From: an uncultured delta proteobacterium
Lineage (GTDB): Bacteria > Myxococcota_A > Polyangia > Fen-1088
DNA: 64,000 nucleotides
Direction: 5' to 3'
Assembly: GCA_963767925.1 (NCBI GenBank)
Contig: CAVYGB010000002.1
Coordinates: 1,600,001 to 1,664,000, forward strand
Position numbers and translations under genes: made by a program
In this document: piece after piece, positions 8,871 to 19,233 of the stretch
Numbering within the stretch: the stretch's first letter is position 1
How the letters are laid out: each line of letters opens with the position of its first letter
Notes under the pieces: model-generated
The model's database searches: none
The model's input: the letters and a program-made list of their open reading frames with translations, nothing else
What the model was told of the DNA's origin: nothing

Positions 8871-10067
8871 TCAGCTCAGCACGACGAGCGGGTAGGTGTA
8901 GTTGTGAAACTCGGGCACGCCGCCGCAGGGGGCGATCTCGCCCCAGCCGATCAGCCCCAGCCAGGGGGCCTGGGGGGCCACCACCTTCTGCAAGAGCACG
9001 TTCTCCTCGAGGGTCTCGCTCGCGCCCAGGAAGGGTCCCGTGCGGGCCCCACACTCGAACCCCAGCACCGCCCAGGGCTGCCGGCCCTGCAGCCGGGTGA
9101 CGAGGTCCTGGCCCATGCGGACGGCGCCGTCTTTCACGACCTTGACCGTGCGGTGATGAAACATGATCTTGCTGCCCTCGGGGATCGAGGCCTGCACCAC
9201 GATGGCCCCGCTGGCGCTGTCGAACCCGAAGGCCGCCCGGATGAGGTAGACCGCCTGGGGGCGCCCGTCGACGACGATGCGGCGCTCGATCCCCATGGCC
9301 AGGCCGGAGCTGTGGTCCTGGTTGTAGACCTCGTCCTCGGTGCGGCCCACGCTCTCGCGCCACACGTCGGCCGCCCGCCGGCCGTCGAGCTCGAACAGCT
9401 TGTTGCCCTCGGCCCGGGTCAACGTCATCACGACCCCCGTGGGGGTGGTCCCGTGGGACACGCCGAGATCGAGCTGGAAGTCGCCGTCGAGCCCGAGCGC
9501 CACCCCGCCCCGGCTGAAGGCCTCCGTGCCCTGGTACTGGTAGGTGCAGCCGGCGGGACCGGCCGGCTGCCCGGCGGCCGCCCCCACGATGGTGGCGGTG
9601 TTGTCGTGGCGGACCCCGGCCAGCAGGTCGTTGACGTCGATGCCGCACAGGGGGTCGTAGAAGGTCAACATCACCTTGGGGTCGCGCCCCAGCTCGGTGC
9701 GCAGCGCGCGCGACAGCAGGCGGCCCTTGTGCTCGCTGTCGGTCTGCACGTCGTCGACGCGGGCGGAGGCCACCCGCAGCGAGGTGCCGCCCAGCCCCAT
9801 GGCCCCGGCCACGAAGCCGCTCTCGTCGACGGCGCCGTTGGCCATCACGCCCTGTCCGGAGCACCCCATCACGGTGACGCCGGGTCCGACCGCCTCGCGC
9901 ACGCCCCGCAGCAGCGCGGCCTGATCGTGGTTCACGGTGGCGTAGACGACTACCGCCTTGAGGTGTTCGGACTTGAACCCCTGGGCGATGGCCCGGCCCA
10001 CCGAGAGGCCGGCCCGGTCGGAGTCGGTGTCCTGCGACAAGGAGCTCTGCGCGAAAAAGGCTGCCAC
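8871..10067 (-). CDS. FIST-domain signal transduction protein
   Basis: VMGCSGQG, IVGAAAG, GVSHG..P.G, T.AEGNKLFELDGRRA, FECGAR, GWGEIAP..FHNYT; GGAGG then GTG at 10067. Confidence 0.85.
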   Translation of the reverse strand: MAAFFAQSSLSQDTDSDRAGLSVGRAIAQGFKSEHLKAVVVYATVNHDQAALLRGVREAVGPGVTVMGCSGQGVMANGAVDESGFVAGAMGLGGTSLRVASARVDDVQTDSEHKGRLLSRALRTELGRDPKVMLTFYDPLCGIDVNDLLAGVRHDNTATIVGAAAGQPAGPAGCTYQYQGTEAFSRGGVALGLDGDFQLDLGVSHGTTPTGVVMTLTRAEGNKLFELDGRRAADVWRESVGRTEDEVYNQDHSSGLAMGIERRIVVDGRPQAVYLIRAAFGFDSASGAIVVQASIPEGSKIMFHHRTVKVVKDGAVRMGQDLVTRLQGRQPWAVLGFECGARTGPFLGASETLEENVLLQKVVAPQAPWLGLIGWGEIAPCGGVPEFHNYTYPLVVLS

Positions 10068-10230
10068 GGCTGGTACCTCCAGGCTCTGTCTCCAGGAACG
10101 CCCCTGGATGCTCTTCCCAGTGAAGGACGGCAGATCCCGGGAAAACTTGAAGCGACGGCCTCGCGCTTTGCAGATCGGTCCCGACCGCCCAAGATCGAGG
10201 AGGGGCCCGAGCGGCCGCTGCGCCCCGCGC

Positions 10231-11691
10231 ATGCCGGCCGAGCTGCCGCCGAGCACGATGGACGGCGACTCCGAGCTGCTGAAGGACAAGGTCCTCTTGC
10301 TGCTGGCGCGCGAGCGCGAGCTGCTGACCTTGCGCCGGCGCCACGCCCGGGTCTCGGCCTGGCTCACGGTGGCCCACAACCTCCCCGAGCTGATCTCGCC
10401 CCGCACCCCGGTGGAGGAGACCTACCGCGCGCTGGCCCAGAAGCTGAAGAGCTTCCTCGAGTTCCAGAAGGTCGTCTTCCTGACCCTGGTCCCCGACCAG
10501 CCCGACCTGCGCCGTCTGATCGAGCAGGAGGGGTTCGGCCTGTGCAACGCGCCCGACAGCCCGGCCCTCATCGACCTGGCCCGGGTGGTCGGCATGCAGC
10601 GGTTCATGTGGTGCCGGCTGGTGACCGGTGCGGGAGCACCGACCACCTTGCTCGTCGCCGGCTACGACCGGGAGAAGGCGCTCTGTTACAGCCCCTTCGA
10701 GGAGGCCGACTTCGGGCACTGGAAGAGCATGGGCCAGCACCTCGGCCTGCTGCTGCGCAACGCCGGCCTCATCAAGCAGCTCGAGCAGGAGAAGGGCCGC
10801 CTGCAGGAGCTGAACGAGACGCTGGAGCACCGGGTGGCCGAGCGGACCGACCAGATCGCCCAGGTCAACCGGGGGCTGAACGAGGCCCTGGCGGCGGTGC
10901 GGGACCGCGAGCGCCGCCTGAAGGACGACCTGATTCAGGCCCGCTCCTTCCAGCAGAGCATCTTGCCGCCGCCCACCTGCGCGCCCCACGTCGAGCTGGC
11001 CTCGCTGTACCGCCCGCTCGAGCAGGTGGGCGGCGACATCTTCGACGTCTGCGAGGTGGGGCCGGCCCACCTGCGGGTCTTCCTGGCCGACGCCGCCGGC
11101 CACGGCGTGCAGGCCTCCTTGCGCACCATCGTGCTCAAGTCGGAGTACGACCGGATCAAGGCCCAGCACGGCTCGCCCGACAGCCTGTTCCAGGAGTTCA
11201 ACCGGCGGCTGGCCGCCCAGTACAGCCCCGGCGAGATGGTCTGCACCGCCTGCTGCTTCGACCTCATCGCCGAGCCGGCGGGGGGCGTCCGGCTCCGCTA
11301 CGTCAACGCCGCCCACCCGGCGCTGATCTGGGCGACCGGCGAGGACATGCGCGAGGTCTACCGGGACGGGCCGTTCCTGGGCCTGCGCCCCGACATCGAC
11401 CTGCAGCTCTGGGAGGGGACCATGGCCGATGGCGACATCCTCTTCGTGTACAGCGACGGGCTGTGTGACCAGTTCGACATCGAACGGCGTGCCTTCCCGT
11501 TGCGCCAGGCGACGGCCGAGGCCCTGCAGGACGCGTTGCCCATGGCGGCGGTGGTCGAGCGGCTCGTGGCGGCGTTCGATCGATTTCGCGGGCCGGTGGC
11601 GGCCACCGACGATCTGACCGTCATCGGGATGCGCGTCGGGATGCGCGTCGGGATGTCGATGTCGGACAAATCCCCACGTCCGGTGTTATAA
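10231..11691 (+). CDS. SpoIIE/RsbU-type PP2C phosphatase with N-terminal sensor and coiled coil
   Basis: ARSFQQSILP, VGGDIFD, ADAAGHGVQA, NAAHP, YSDGL, DDLT. Confidence 0.9.
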   Translation: MPAELPPSTMDGDSELLKDKVLLLLARERELLTLRRRHARVSAWLTVAHNLPELISPRTPVEETYRALAQKLKSFLEFQKVVFLTLVPDQPDLRRLIEQEGFGLCNAPDSPALIDLARVVGMQRFMWCRLVTGAGAPTTLLVAGYDREKALCYSPFEEADFGHWKSMGQHLGLLLRNAGLIKQLEQEKGRLQELNETLEHRVAERTDQIAQVNRGLNEALAAVRDRERRLKDDLIQARSFQQSILPPPTCAPHVELASLYRPLEQVGGDIFDVCEVGPAHLRVFLADAAGHGVQASLRTIVLKSEYDRIKAQHGSPDSLFQEFNRRLAAQYSPGEMVCTACCFDLIAEPAGGVRLRYVNAAHPALIWATGEDMREVYRDGPFLGLRPDIDLQLWEGTMADGDILFVYSDGLCDQFDIERRAFPLRQATAEALQDALPMAAVVERLVAAFDRFRGPVAATDDLTVIGMRVGMRVGMSMSDKSPRPVL

Positions 11692-11705
11692 GAAGCGCCT
11701 CTTTC

Positions 11706-12707
11706 ATGACCGCCCCTTTCGTTCGCGCGTTGCTGCTGTTGACGGCGCTCTCGGGGTCCGCGCTGGCCCAGTCGGCGGCGGACGCCGACAGCCTGATCGA
11801 GCAGGCCAAGGCGCTGCGCGGGGCCGGCGACGACGCCGGGGCCTACGACCTGTACGTGCGGGCCTACGGCATGTCCCGCACGCCCCGCGCCGCCGGGCAG
11901 CTCGCGCTGTGCGAGTTCGAGCTGAACCGCTGGGTCGACTCCGAGCTCCACCTGCAGGAGGCGCTGCGGGCGGCTGACGATCCCTGGGTCAAGCGCAACC
12001 GGGCCATCCTCGTCGAGATGATGTCCAAGGTGAAGCTGCGGCTCGCCCGCGTCGAGGTCATCGGCCGCCCCGAGGGGGCCGAGGTCGAGGTGGCGGGCCG
12101 GGCGGTGGGGCGCCTGCCGCTGCCCGGGTCCTTGCGCGTGCCGGCGGGCGAGGTGTTCGTGCGGGTGGCGGCGCCCGGCCACCGCACCTTGCGCCGCACG
12201 GTGGTCGTGCAGGCCGAGGAGCTGGCCCAGGTGACCGTCGAGCTCGAGCCCGGGCAGAGCGAGACCTCGGCGAGCCCCGAGGTGGGCCCGCCCGAGCAGG
12301 ACCCGCGGCGTCTGGGTCAAGGTGGGAACATGTCGGACCTGGCGACCGGCGCGCGCCCGCTGCCCGGGAGCTGGCAGCGGCAGGTGGGCTGGATCGGCGT
12401 GGGCATGGCCGGGGCGCTGGCGGCGGCCGGCGGGGTGGGCCTCCTCGTCCGCTACAACAAGATCGAGACGTTCAACGACTACCGCAGCCCGACGCGGACT
12501 CAGTGCAACTCCGCGCTGCCCAACCGGGGGGGTGGCCCCTGTCCGGGCCTGCTGGATTCGATCGAGCAGGCCAGCACCCTGTCGCTGGTCAGCTTCGTGG
12601 GGGCCGGGCTGGTGGCCATCGTGTCGGGGATCCTGCTGGTGACCTCCCCCGCCGAGCCGACCGTCGACGCTGCCCGACAGGGCGCCCTGCTGAGCTGGCG
12701 CTTCTGA
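11706..12707 (+). CDS. PEGA-domain/TPR secreted protein
   Basis: Signal peptide, TPR-like helices, PEGAEVEVAG..VGRLPL, C-terminal hydrophobic segments. Confidence 0.8.
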   Translation: MTAPFVRALLLLTALSGSALAQSAADADSLIEQAKALRGAGDDAGAYDLYVRAYGMSRTPRAAGQLALCEFELNRWVDSELHLQEALRAADDPWVKRNRAILVEMMSKVKLRLARVEVIGRPEGAEVEVAGRAVGRLPLPGSLRVPAGEVFVRVAAPGHRTLRRTVVVQAEELAQVTVELEPGQSETSASPEVGPPEQDPRRLGQGGNMSDLATGARPLPGSWQRQVGWIGVGMAGALAAAGGVGLLVRYNKIETFNDYRSPTRTQCNSALPNRGGGPCPGLLDSIEQASTLSLVSFVGAGLVAIVSGILLVTSPAEPTVDAARQGALLSWRF

Positions 12708-12874
12708 GCGGCCGTCGCGGGGACGGTTGAACCAACCGTCGGAGTGACGATAAAGTACCGGCGGGGTCCGAGGGACGTGCCCTGCATGTACTTCGGTGGG
12801 ACAGGCAACGAAGTGGTGAGCCGGCGACAGGTTCCGCCGGGCGGGCCAGGGGCTTGCCCGGAGGTGGTCTCTTG

Positions 12875-14177
<1,303 letters not shown>

Positions 14178-14257
14178 CCGCGACCGCCGGGCGAGCTGGT
14201 ACTTCCGTTCGATGGACCGCTGCCCGTCAAAGGTGAGGGGCAATTGCCCGCCGGAGG

Positions 14258-14320
14258 CCCCTCACCCGGCCCACAGACGCGCCGACCGATCCCCACGGCA
14301 GAACGCGGGGAGAGGCGAAA
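14258..14320 (+). repeat. Degenerate forward copy of the hairpin repeat
   Basis: cccctcaccc ... ccccacggcagaacgcggggagaggcgaaa. Confidence 0.55.
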
Positions 14321-14362
14321 ATCCTGATGCCCTGCCAAAGAGGTGACCTCGCGGCGCCAACC

Positions 14363-14466
14363 GCATCGTGGCCAGAGGGCATCGTGGCCAGAGGGCATCG
14401 TGGCCAGAGGGCATCGTGGCCAGAGGGCATCGTGGCCAGAGGGCATCGTGGCCAGAGGGCATCGTG
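14363..14466. repeat. Tandem array, 6.5 x 16 bp
   Basis: GCATCGTGGCCAGAGG at 14363, 14379, 14395, 14411, 14427, 14443 plus a partial copy. Confidence 0.95.
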
Positions 14467-14507
14467 TGGCTGGCCGACTTACGTTTCCGTTCGACCCCCC
14501 GCCGCCT

Positions 14508-14562
14508 GTTTGCCCTCGCCCCGCGGCCGTCCGCGGCCGTGGGGAGAGGGAAGGGTGAGGGG
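14508..14562 (-). repeat. Hairpin repeat, reverse copy with a longer loop
   Basis: gtttgccctcgccccgcggccgtccgcggccgtggggagagggaagggtgagggg. Confidence 0.9.
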
Positions 14563-14776
14563 CGGTCGCTCCATCGCTGACCAGCGCGGCGCGTGCGCGA
14601 GCACCTGACACATTCCGGGACAGGTGGCGTTGCGGCGTTGCACGCGTACTGCGCCGAGAACGCTTTGTTGTGCGGCGGGTCTCGTGTCCTGCTCGTTTTT
14701 GCGATCAATCCCGCTCAATCGCGTTGGTGGCTTCCGCGCGGGGCCAGTAGGGTGGGGCGCAGGAACCACGCCCGCC

Positions 14777-16156
14777 ATGATCAAACCTCCCCCGAACGTT
14801 TCGTCTCGCGCTCTCGCCACCCGGCTGGCCGCGGTCGCCCTCGCGGTGGCCGGCCTGGCCGCCTGCCCGGGCGCCCGGGACGAGTCCGTGCCCGATCCAC
14901 CCATCGAACCCCCGCCGGCGGGCAATGGCGGCAGCGGCGGCACCGGCGCGATCGCCGGGCCGGTCGGAGGTGGTGGAGGTGGCAGCGGCGGCACGGGGGG
15001 CACCACCGCGGCGGATGGCCCCGCGCCCGCGGAGCCCACCCCGCCCGGTCCGGCCGGCGCCTGTCCGGATGGCTTTCACCGCTGCGGCGAGACCTGCGCC
15101 AGCAACAACTCGCTCACCACCTGCGGGTCGGGCTGCGAGCCGTGCCCCACCATCGCCGACGGCGTCGCCACCTGCGACGGCACCCGCTGCGGGATCTCCT
15201 GCCCGGCCGATCGCCGACCCTGCCTCGACCGGTGCATCTCCGCCAGCCAGCCCTGCGACTCCTCCTGTCCGCCGGGGCGCAACCCCTGCAACGGGATCTG
15301 CGTCGAGCCCACCAGCGTCACCGCCTGCGGCACCGCCTGCACCGCCTGCCCGATGTCCCCCAACGGCAAGACCTCCTGCGACGGCCTCACCTGCGCGCTG
15401 GCCTGCAACGACGGGCACTACCTGTGCGAGCCGACCGGATCGTGCAACCCCTTCGCCCAGGCCTGCCGGCGCGGCGAGGTCGACACCTGCGCCCCGGGCT
15501 ACCGCCTGTGTGGCAGCAAGTGCCTGGTCGAGACCGCCTGCTGCACCGAGGGCCAGGAGGGCTGCTCCGAGTGCCAGACCTGCTCGGGCACCCCCGGCCG
15601 GTGCATGAACCGGCCCGACGGGGCCGGCTGCGGCAGCGATCGCGCCTGCCGCAGCGGGGCCTGCGTCTCCTGTCGCACCAGCGGGAGCTGCGGGGCCAGC
15701 AACGCCTGCCGGACCGGTCAATACCAGTGCAGCGCCGGCGTGGAGAGCTGCCGGGAGAGCAACCAGGCCAACGGGACCCGCTGCGGCGGCCAGAACGCCT
15801 GCTTCAACGGGGCCTGCCGGCAGTGCCGGGACAGCGGGGAATGCAGCGACAACCCCTGCGTGAGCTCCTCCTGGCAATGCAGCAACGGGGTCGAGCGCTG
15901 TGTGGAGATGGGCTCGCGACGGGGGGGCCAGCGGGCCTGCCCCAGCCGCGACGACGTCTGCATCCGCGGCCGCTGCACCCGCTGCCGCAACAGCGGCTCG
16001 TGCACCTTCGAGTTCGAGCCGGAGTGCAAGGCGGCCACCTGGCAGTGCTTCGGAGAGGACGGGGGCGAGCAGTGCACCTTCGCCGGAAATCGCCCGCAGG
16101 GGACCTCCTGCTCCGGGGGTCAGTGCGACAACTTCGGGCTCTGCGTGCGGCCGTGA
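14777..16156 (+). CDS. Cys-rich repeat lipoprotein
   Basis: Lipobox LAAC, Gly/Pro linker, dense Cys modules (CG.C..C, NG..C...C..G.C). Confidence 0.85.
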   Translation: MIKPPPNVSSRALATRLAAVALAVAGLAACPGARDESVPDPPIEPPPAGNGGSGGTGAIAGPVGGGGGGSGGTGGTTAADGPAPAEPTPPGPAGACPDGFHRCGETCASNNSLTTCGSGCEPCPTIADGVATCDGTRCGISCPADRRPCLDRCISASQPCDSSCPPGRNPCNGICVEPTSVTACGTACTACPMSPNGKTSCDGLTCALACNDGHYLCEPTGSCNPFAQACRRGEVDTCAPGYRLCGSKCLVETACCTEGQEGCSECQTCSGTPGRCMNRPDGAGCGSDRACRSGACVSCRTSGSCGASNACRTGQYQCSAGVESCRESNQANGTRCGGQNACFNGACRQCRDSGECSDNPCVSSSWQCSNGVERCVEMGSRRGGQRACPSRDDVCIRGRCTRCRNSGSCTFEFEPECKAATWQCFGEDGGEQCTFAGNRPQGTSCSGGQCDNFGLCVRP

Positions 16157-16351
16157 CGCTTCCCGGGTCGCTGTCACCAAACGTGACAACCAGAAACGGA
16201 GCGCGCGGTATTTGCCAATCCGATTGCCGCTGTTGCGCTTGTCACGGTCGCCCATTGGCGATATCTGCGCAATCCAATCTGGAATAATAGGTGACGGACG
16301 AGGGCGCGCTATTGCAGACCGGATGAAGCGCGTGTTATTCGCCGATCCATC

Positions 16352-18193
16352 ATGGTGTCATATTGGAGGGGTATTCGAGCGATTTTGATCACCTCGACCG
16401 GGCTACGCGGGGCGGTCGCCGTCCTCGCCCTGTCGCTGGCCACGGGCTGCTTGCAGGCCCGGGAGGTCGATCCGCAGCGGCCGGTGACCATCGACGCGCG
16501 GCCAGCGGCCACGCCGGACGCCGCCACGCCGGACGCCGTCGTCGAGCCGGACGGTCCGCCCCGTCCGGAGTGTGTCGAGGGCTCGACCGTGTCGAGCGAG
16601 CAGTGCAGCGCCGGCCTGGCCTGTAACGCGGGCAAGTGCCTGCCCTGCGTGGCGGGCGAGAGCTGCACGCCCGAGGATCGCTGCCACAAGGGGACCCGCG
16701 AATGTGGGGCCGCCATCCGCTGCGTCGACACCGGGGCGCTCGCCGATCCCGGGACGACCTGCGGGGACAACCTGGTCTGCTCCGCCGAGGGCAAGTGCGC
16801 GGCCTGCACGGTGGGCGAGGCCTGCACGCCGACCGACCTGTGCAAGGCCGGCAAGATCGAATGCAAGACCGGGGCGCCCGTCTGCGCCCCCGTGGCCGAC
16901 GCCCCCAACGGCAGCGCCTGCGGCGAAGGTCAGGTCTGCAGCGCGGGGGCCTGCGTGGCCTGCCGCGACGGCATGACCTGCGTGCCCACCAACAAGTGCC
17001 ACACCGGCAGCCTCTCCTGCAGCACCGGCACCCCCCAGTGCATGGACGTCGGCAGCAACCTCGCCAACGGCACCTCCTGCGGCGAGGGTCAGGTCTGCCG
17101 CGACGGCGACTGCACCGCCTGCCTGGAGAAGATGCCCTGCTCGCCCCCCGACGCGCCCTGCAAGGCGGGCGAGATCCGCTGCGCCAGCGGCTCGCCGGTC
17201 TGCGTGGCCACCGCCACCAACGCCCCCGACGGCAAGGAATGTGGGGCCGAGCAGGCCTGCCGGGGCGGCATGTGCCGGCAGTGCCGCACCACTGGCACCT
17301 GCGGCAACAACCCCTGCAAGGACTCGACCTACGCCTGCCAGAACGGGGTCGAGAGCTGCCGCGAGACGAACAAGGCCAACGGCACCCTCTGCCCGGGCAA
17401 CGACAACGCCTGCCTCAACGGAAGCTGCCAGCGCTGCCGCACGAGCGGCGAGTGCGACAACAACGACTGCCGGAGCTCCAGCTACCGCTGCGAGGGCGGC
17501 CGCGAGTCCTGCCAGAACACTGGCAACGCGCGGGACGGCACCGGCTGCGGCAACCAGCAGGCCTGCCGGGGCGGCTCCTGCCAGCAGTGCCGCAACTCCG
17601 GCGAGTGCACCCCCGATGGCAACAACGACGAGCGCTGCCTGGTCGGCCGGCGCCAGTGCGGCAGCGACGGCGTCGAGCGCTGCGTGCCGAACGAGAACCG
17701 CGCCTCCCGGGCGCCCGGGTTCGACTGCGGTGGCGGCCGGGTCTGCGCCCGCAAGGCCAACGAGGACCGCACCCTGACCTGCCGGACCCGCCTGCCCGAC
17801 AGCGCCACCAGCTCCTGCCAGCAGGGCCGCGAGCGCACCCGCGAGTGCGCCAGCAACTACTGCAACGAGAACAGCCAGTGCGACCAGTGCGGCCGCGATC
17901 CCTTCGAGTGCTGCCCCGACGGCTCCAACAACGGCTGCGACGGCAACCACTTCTGCAACGAGGCCCAGAACTGCCAGCCGAAGCTCGGCTCCGGCGAGCC
18001 CTGCGAGCAGGGCTCCCAGTGCCGCAGCGGAACCTGCGCCGTCCCCCCCGCCCCCAACGGCGTCTGCAGCAACGACCGCTCCATCAAATGCACCCCCGGC
18101 CGCTCCAACGGCCCCTGCCCCATGCCCGATCCCCTGAACCCCCCCAACTGCGTCGACGCCCCCGACCCCAACGAACCCCCGTCCTGCCGCTAG
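16352..18193 (+). CDS. Cys-rich repeat lipoprotein, related to the upstream gene (start uncertain)
   Basis: Lipobox LATGC; repeated roughly 50-aa modules (NG..CG..QVC..G.C..C). Confidence 0.85.
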   Translation: MVSYWRGIRAILITSTGLRGAVAVLALSLATGCLQAREVDPQRPVTIDARPAATPDAATPDAVVEPDGPPRPECVEGSTVSSEQCSAGLACNAGKCLPCVAGESCTPEDRCHKGTRECGAAIRCVDTGALADPGTTCGDNLVCSAEGKCAACTVGEACTPTDLCKAGKIECKTGAPVCAPVADAPNGSACGEGQVCSAGACVACRDGMTCVPTNKCHTGSLSCSTGTPQCMDVGSNLANGTSCGEGQVCRDGDCTACLEKMPCSPPDAPCKAGEIRCASGSPVCVATATNAPDGKECGAEQACRGGMCRQCRTTGTCGNNPCKDSTYACQNGVESCRETNKANGTLCPGNDNACLNGSCQRCRTSGECDNNDCRSSSYRCEGGRESCQNTGNARDGTGCGNQQACRGGSCQQCRNSGECTPDGNNDERCLVGRRQCGSDGVERCVPNENRASRAPGFDCGGGRVCARKANEDRTLTCRTRLPDSATSSCQQGRERTRECASNYCNENSQCDQCGRDPFECCPDGSNNGCDGNHFCNEAQNCQPKLGSGEPCEQGSQCRSGTCAVPPAPNGVCSNDRSIKCTPGRSNGPCPMPDPLNPPNCVDAPDPNEPPSCR

Positions 18194-18228
18194 AGCGTCG
18201 AAGCGCCCTGGACCGCAGCCGCCCCGGA

Positions 18229-18273
18229 CCCCTCACCCCTCCCTCTCCCCGCTACCGCGGGGCGAGGGCGAAC
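18229..18273 (+). repeat. Hairpin repeat, forward copy
   Basis: cccctcacccctccctctccccgctaccgcggggcgagggcgaac. Confidence 0.95.
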
Positions 18274-18297
18274 GACTGCGGGTTGCCAGGATCACCG

Positions 18298-18389
18298 CCC
18301 GGGCGGGGATCCAGGGTGGATTGTGAGGTTCCCGGGCGGGGATCCAGGGTGGATTGTGAGGTTCCCGGGCGGGGATCCAGGGTGGATTG
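18298..18389. repeat. Tandem array, about 2.8 x 33 bp
   Basis: cccgggcggggatccagggtggattgtgaggtt at 18298, 18331, 18364. Confidence 0.95.
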
Positions 18390-18442
18390 CGGATCTCCGA
18401 CGCGAGCGTCGCTCGGGAGAGAATCGTGGCACCTTCGCGATC

Positions 18443-18487
18443 GTTCGCCCTCGCCCCGCGGCAGCGGGGAGAGGGAGGGGTGAGGGG
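18443..18487 (-). repeat. Hairpin repeat, reverse copy
   Basis: gttcgccctcgccccgcggcagcggggagagggaggggtgagggg. Confidence 0.95.
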
Positions 18488-18548
18488 TTTCCGGGGATTT
18501 GAGGCTCCCGAGTAACACGTCTCTCGGACGCGCCGATAAGAGCGGGCG

Positions 18549-18908
18549 ATGGAGGTCCCGCTCGCTCGACGCCGACGGCTTCGCCGCCAATCGACCGACG
18601 CTGAGAATGCTCTTTGGCGTCACCTGCGCGGCCGCCGATTTGTCGGTTTCAAGTTTCGCCGACAACACCCATGCGGGCCCTTCATCCTCGACTTCTTCTG
18701 CGCCCGGTCTCTTGTCGCCATCGAGCTCGACGGGGGCCAGCACTTCGAGCCGGAGGCGCAGGCCTACGACGCTCGACGCACCCGCTACCTCGCCGACAGG
18801 GGCATCACGATCGTGCGCTTCGGCGCGGATCTCGTGTTTCGCGAACCCGAGTCGATCCTGATGACCATCGCCGCCGCGCTTGGCGCCTGGGAGGCCTCAC
18901 CCTACTGA
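18549..18908 (+). CDS. DUF559 (Vsr-like) endonuclease domain protein
   Basis: ARRLRRQSTDAENALWRHLR..GFKFRRQHP.GPFILDFFC..LVAIELDGGQH..YDARRT.YL..GI.IVRF. Confidence 0.92.
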   Translation: MEVPLARRRRLRRQSTDAENALWRHLRGRRFVGFKFRRQHPCGPFILDFFCARSLVAIELDGGQHFEPEAQAYDARRTRYLADRGITIVRFGADLVFREPESILMTIAAALGAWEASPY

Positions 18909-18933
18909 GCGCACGGATCGGCTCGCCCGGAGA

Positions 18934-18978
18934 CCCCTCACCCCACCCTCTCCCCGCTGCCGCGGGGCGAGGGCGAAC
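18934..18978 (+). repeat. Hairpin repeat, forward copy
   Basis: cccctcaccccaccctctccccgctgccgcggggcgagggcgaac. Confidence 0.95.
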
Positions 18979-18979
18979 G

Positions 18980-19197
18980 AGTGGTGGAGATGGCTCGTTC
19001 ATCTTGCAGGCGGGCGATGCTGCAAGTGGTGGAGATGGCTCGTTCATCTTGCAGGCGGGCGATGCTGCAAGTGGTGGAGATGGCTCGTTCATCTTGCAGG
19101 CGGGCGATGCTGCAAGTGGTGGAGATGGCTCGTTCATCTTGCAGGCGGGCGATGCTGCAAGTGGTGGAGATGGCTCGTCATCTTGCTGGCGGGCGAT
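18980..19197. repeat. Tandem array, about 5 x 45 bp
   Basis: gtggtggagatggctcgttcatcttgcaggcgggcgatgctgcaa at 18981, 19026, 19071, 19116, 19161 (last copy degenerate). Confidence 0.95.
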
Positions 19198-19201
19198 CCT
19201 C

Positions 19202-19217
19202 AGGGAGGGGTGAGGGG
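19202..19217 (-). repeat. Partial reverse hairpin repeat (G-rich tail only)
   Basis: agggaggggtgagggg matches the end of the 18443-18487 copy. Confidence 0.65.
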
Positions 19218-19233
19218 CTCCCGGGGCGGGGGG

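Noticed and set aside
8848..11468. Very long antisense or alternate-frame ORFs (for example 8848-11316, 8904-11468, 41103-43640)
   Set aside because: They overlap well-supported genes and are Arg/Gly/Pro-rich shadows expected at this GC content.
16170..16270. Sigma-54 or ECF promoter upstream of the second Cys-rich gene
   Set aside because: TGTCAC/GTGACA half-sites are present but lack a correctly spaced CGTT, and the GG-N10-GC match is weak.
18229..19217. Classical IS element or MITE
   Set aside because: No DDE, HUH or serine transposase motifs and no target-site duplication that I could identify.
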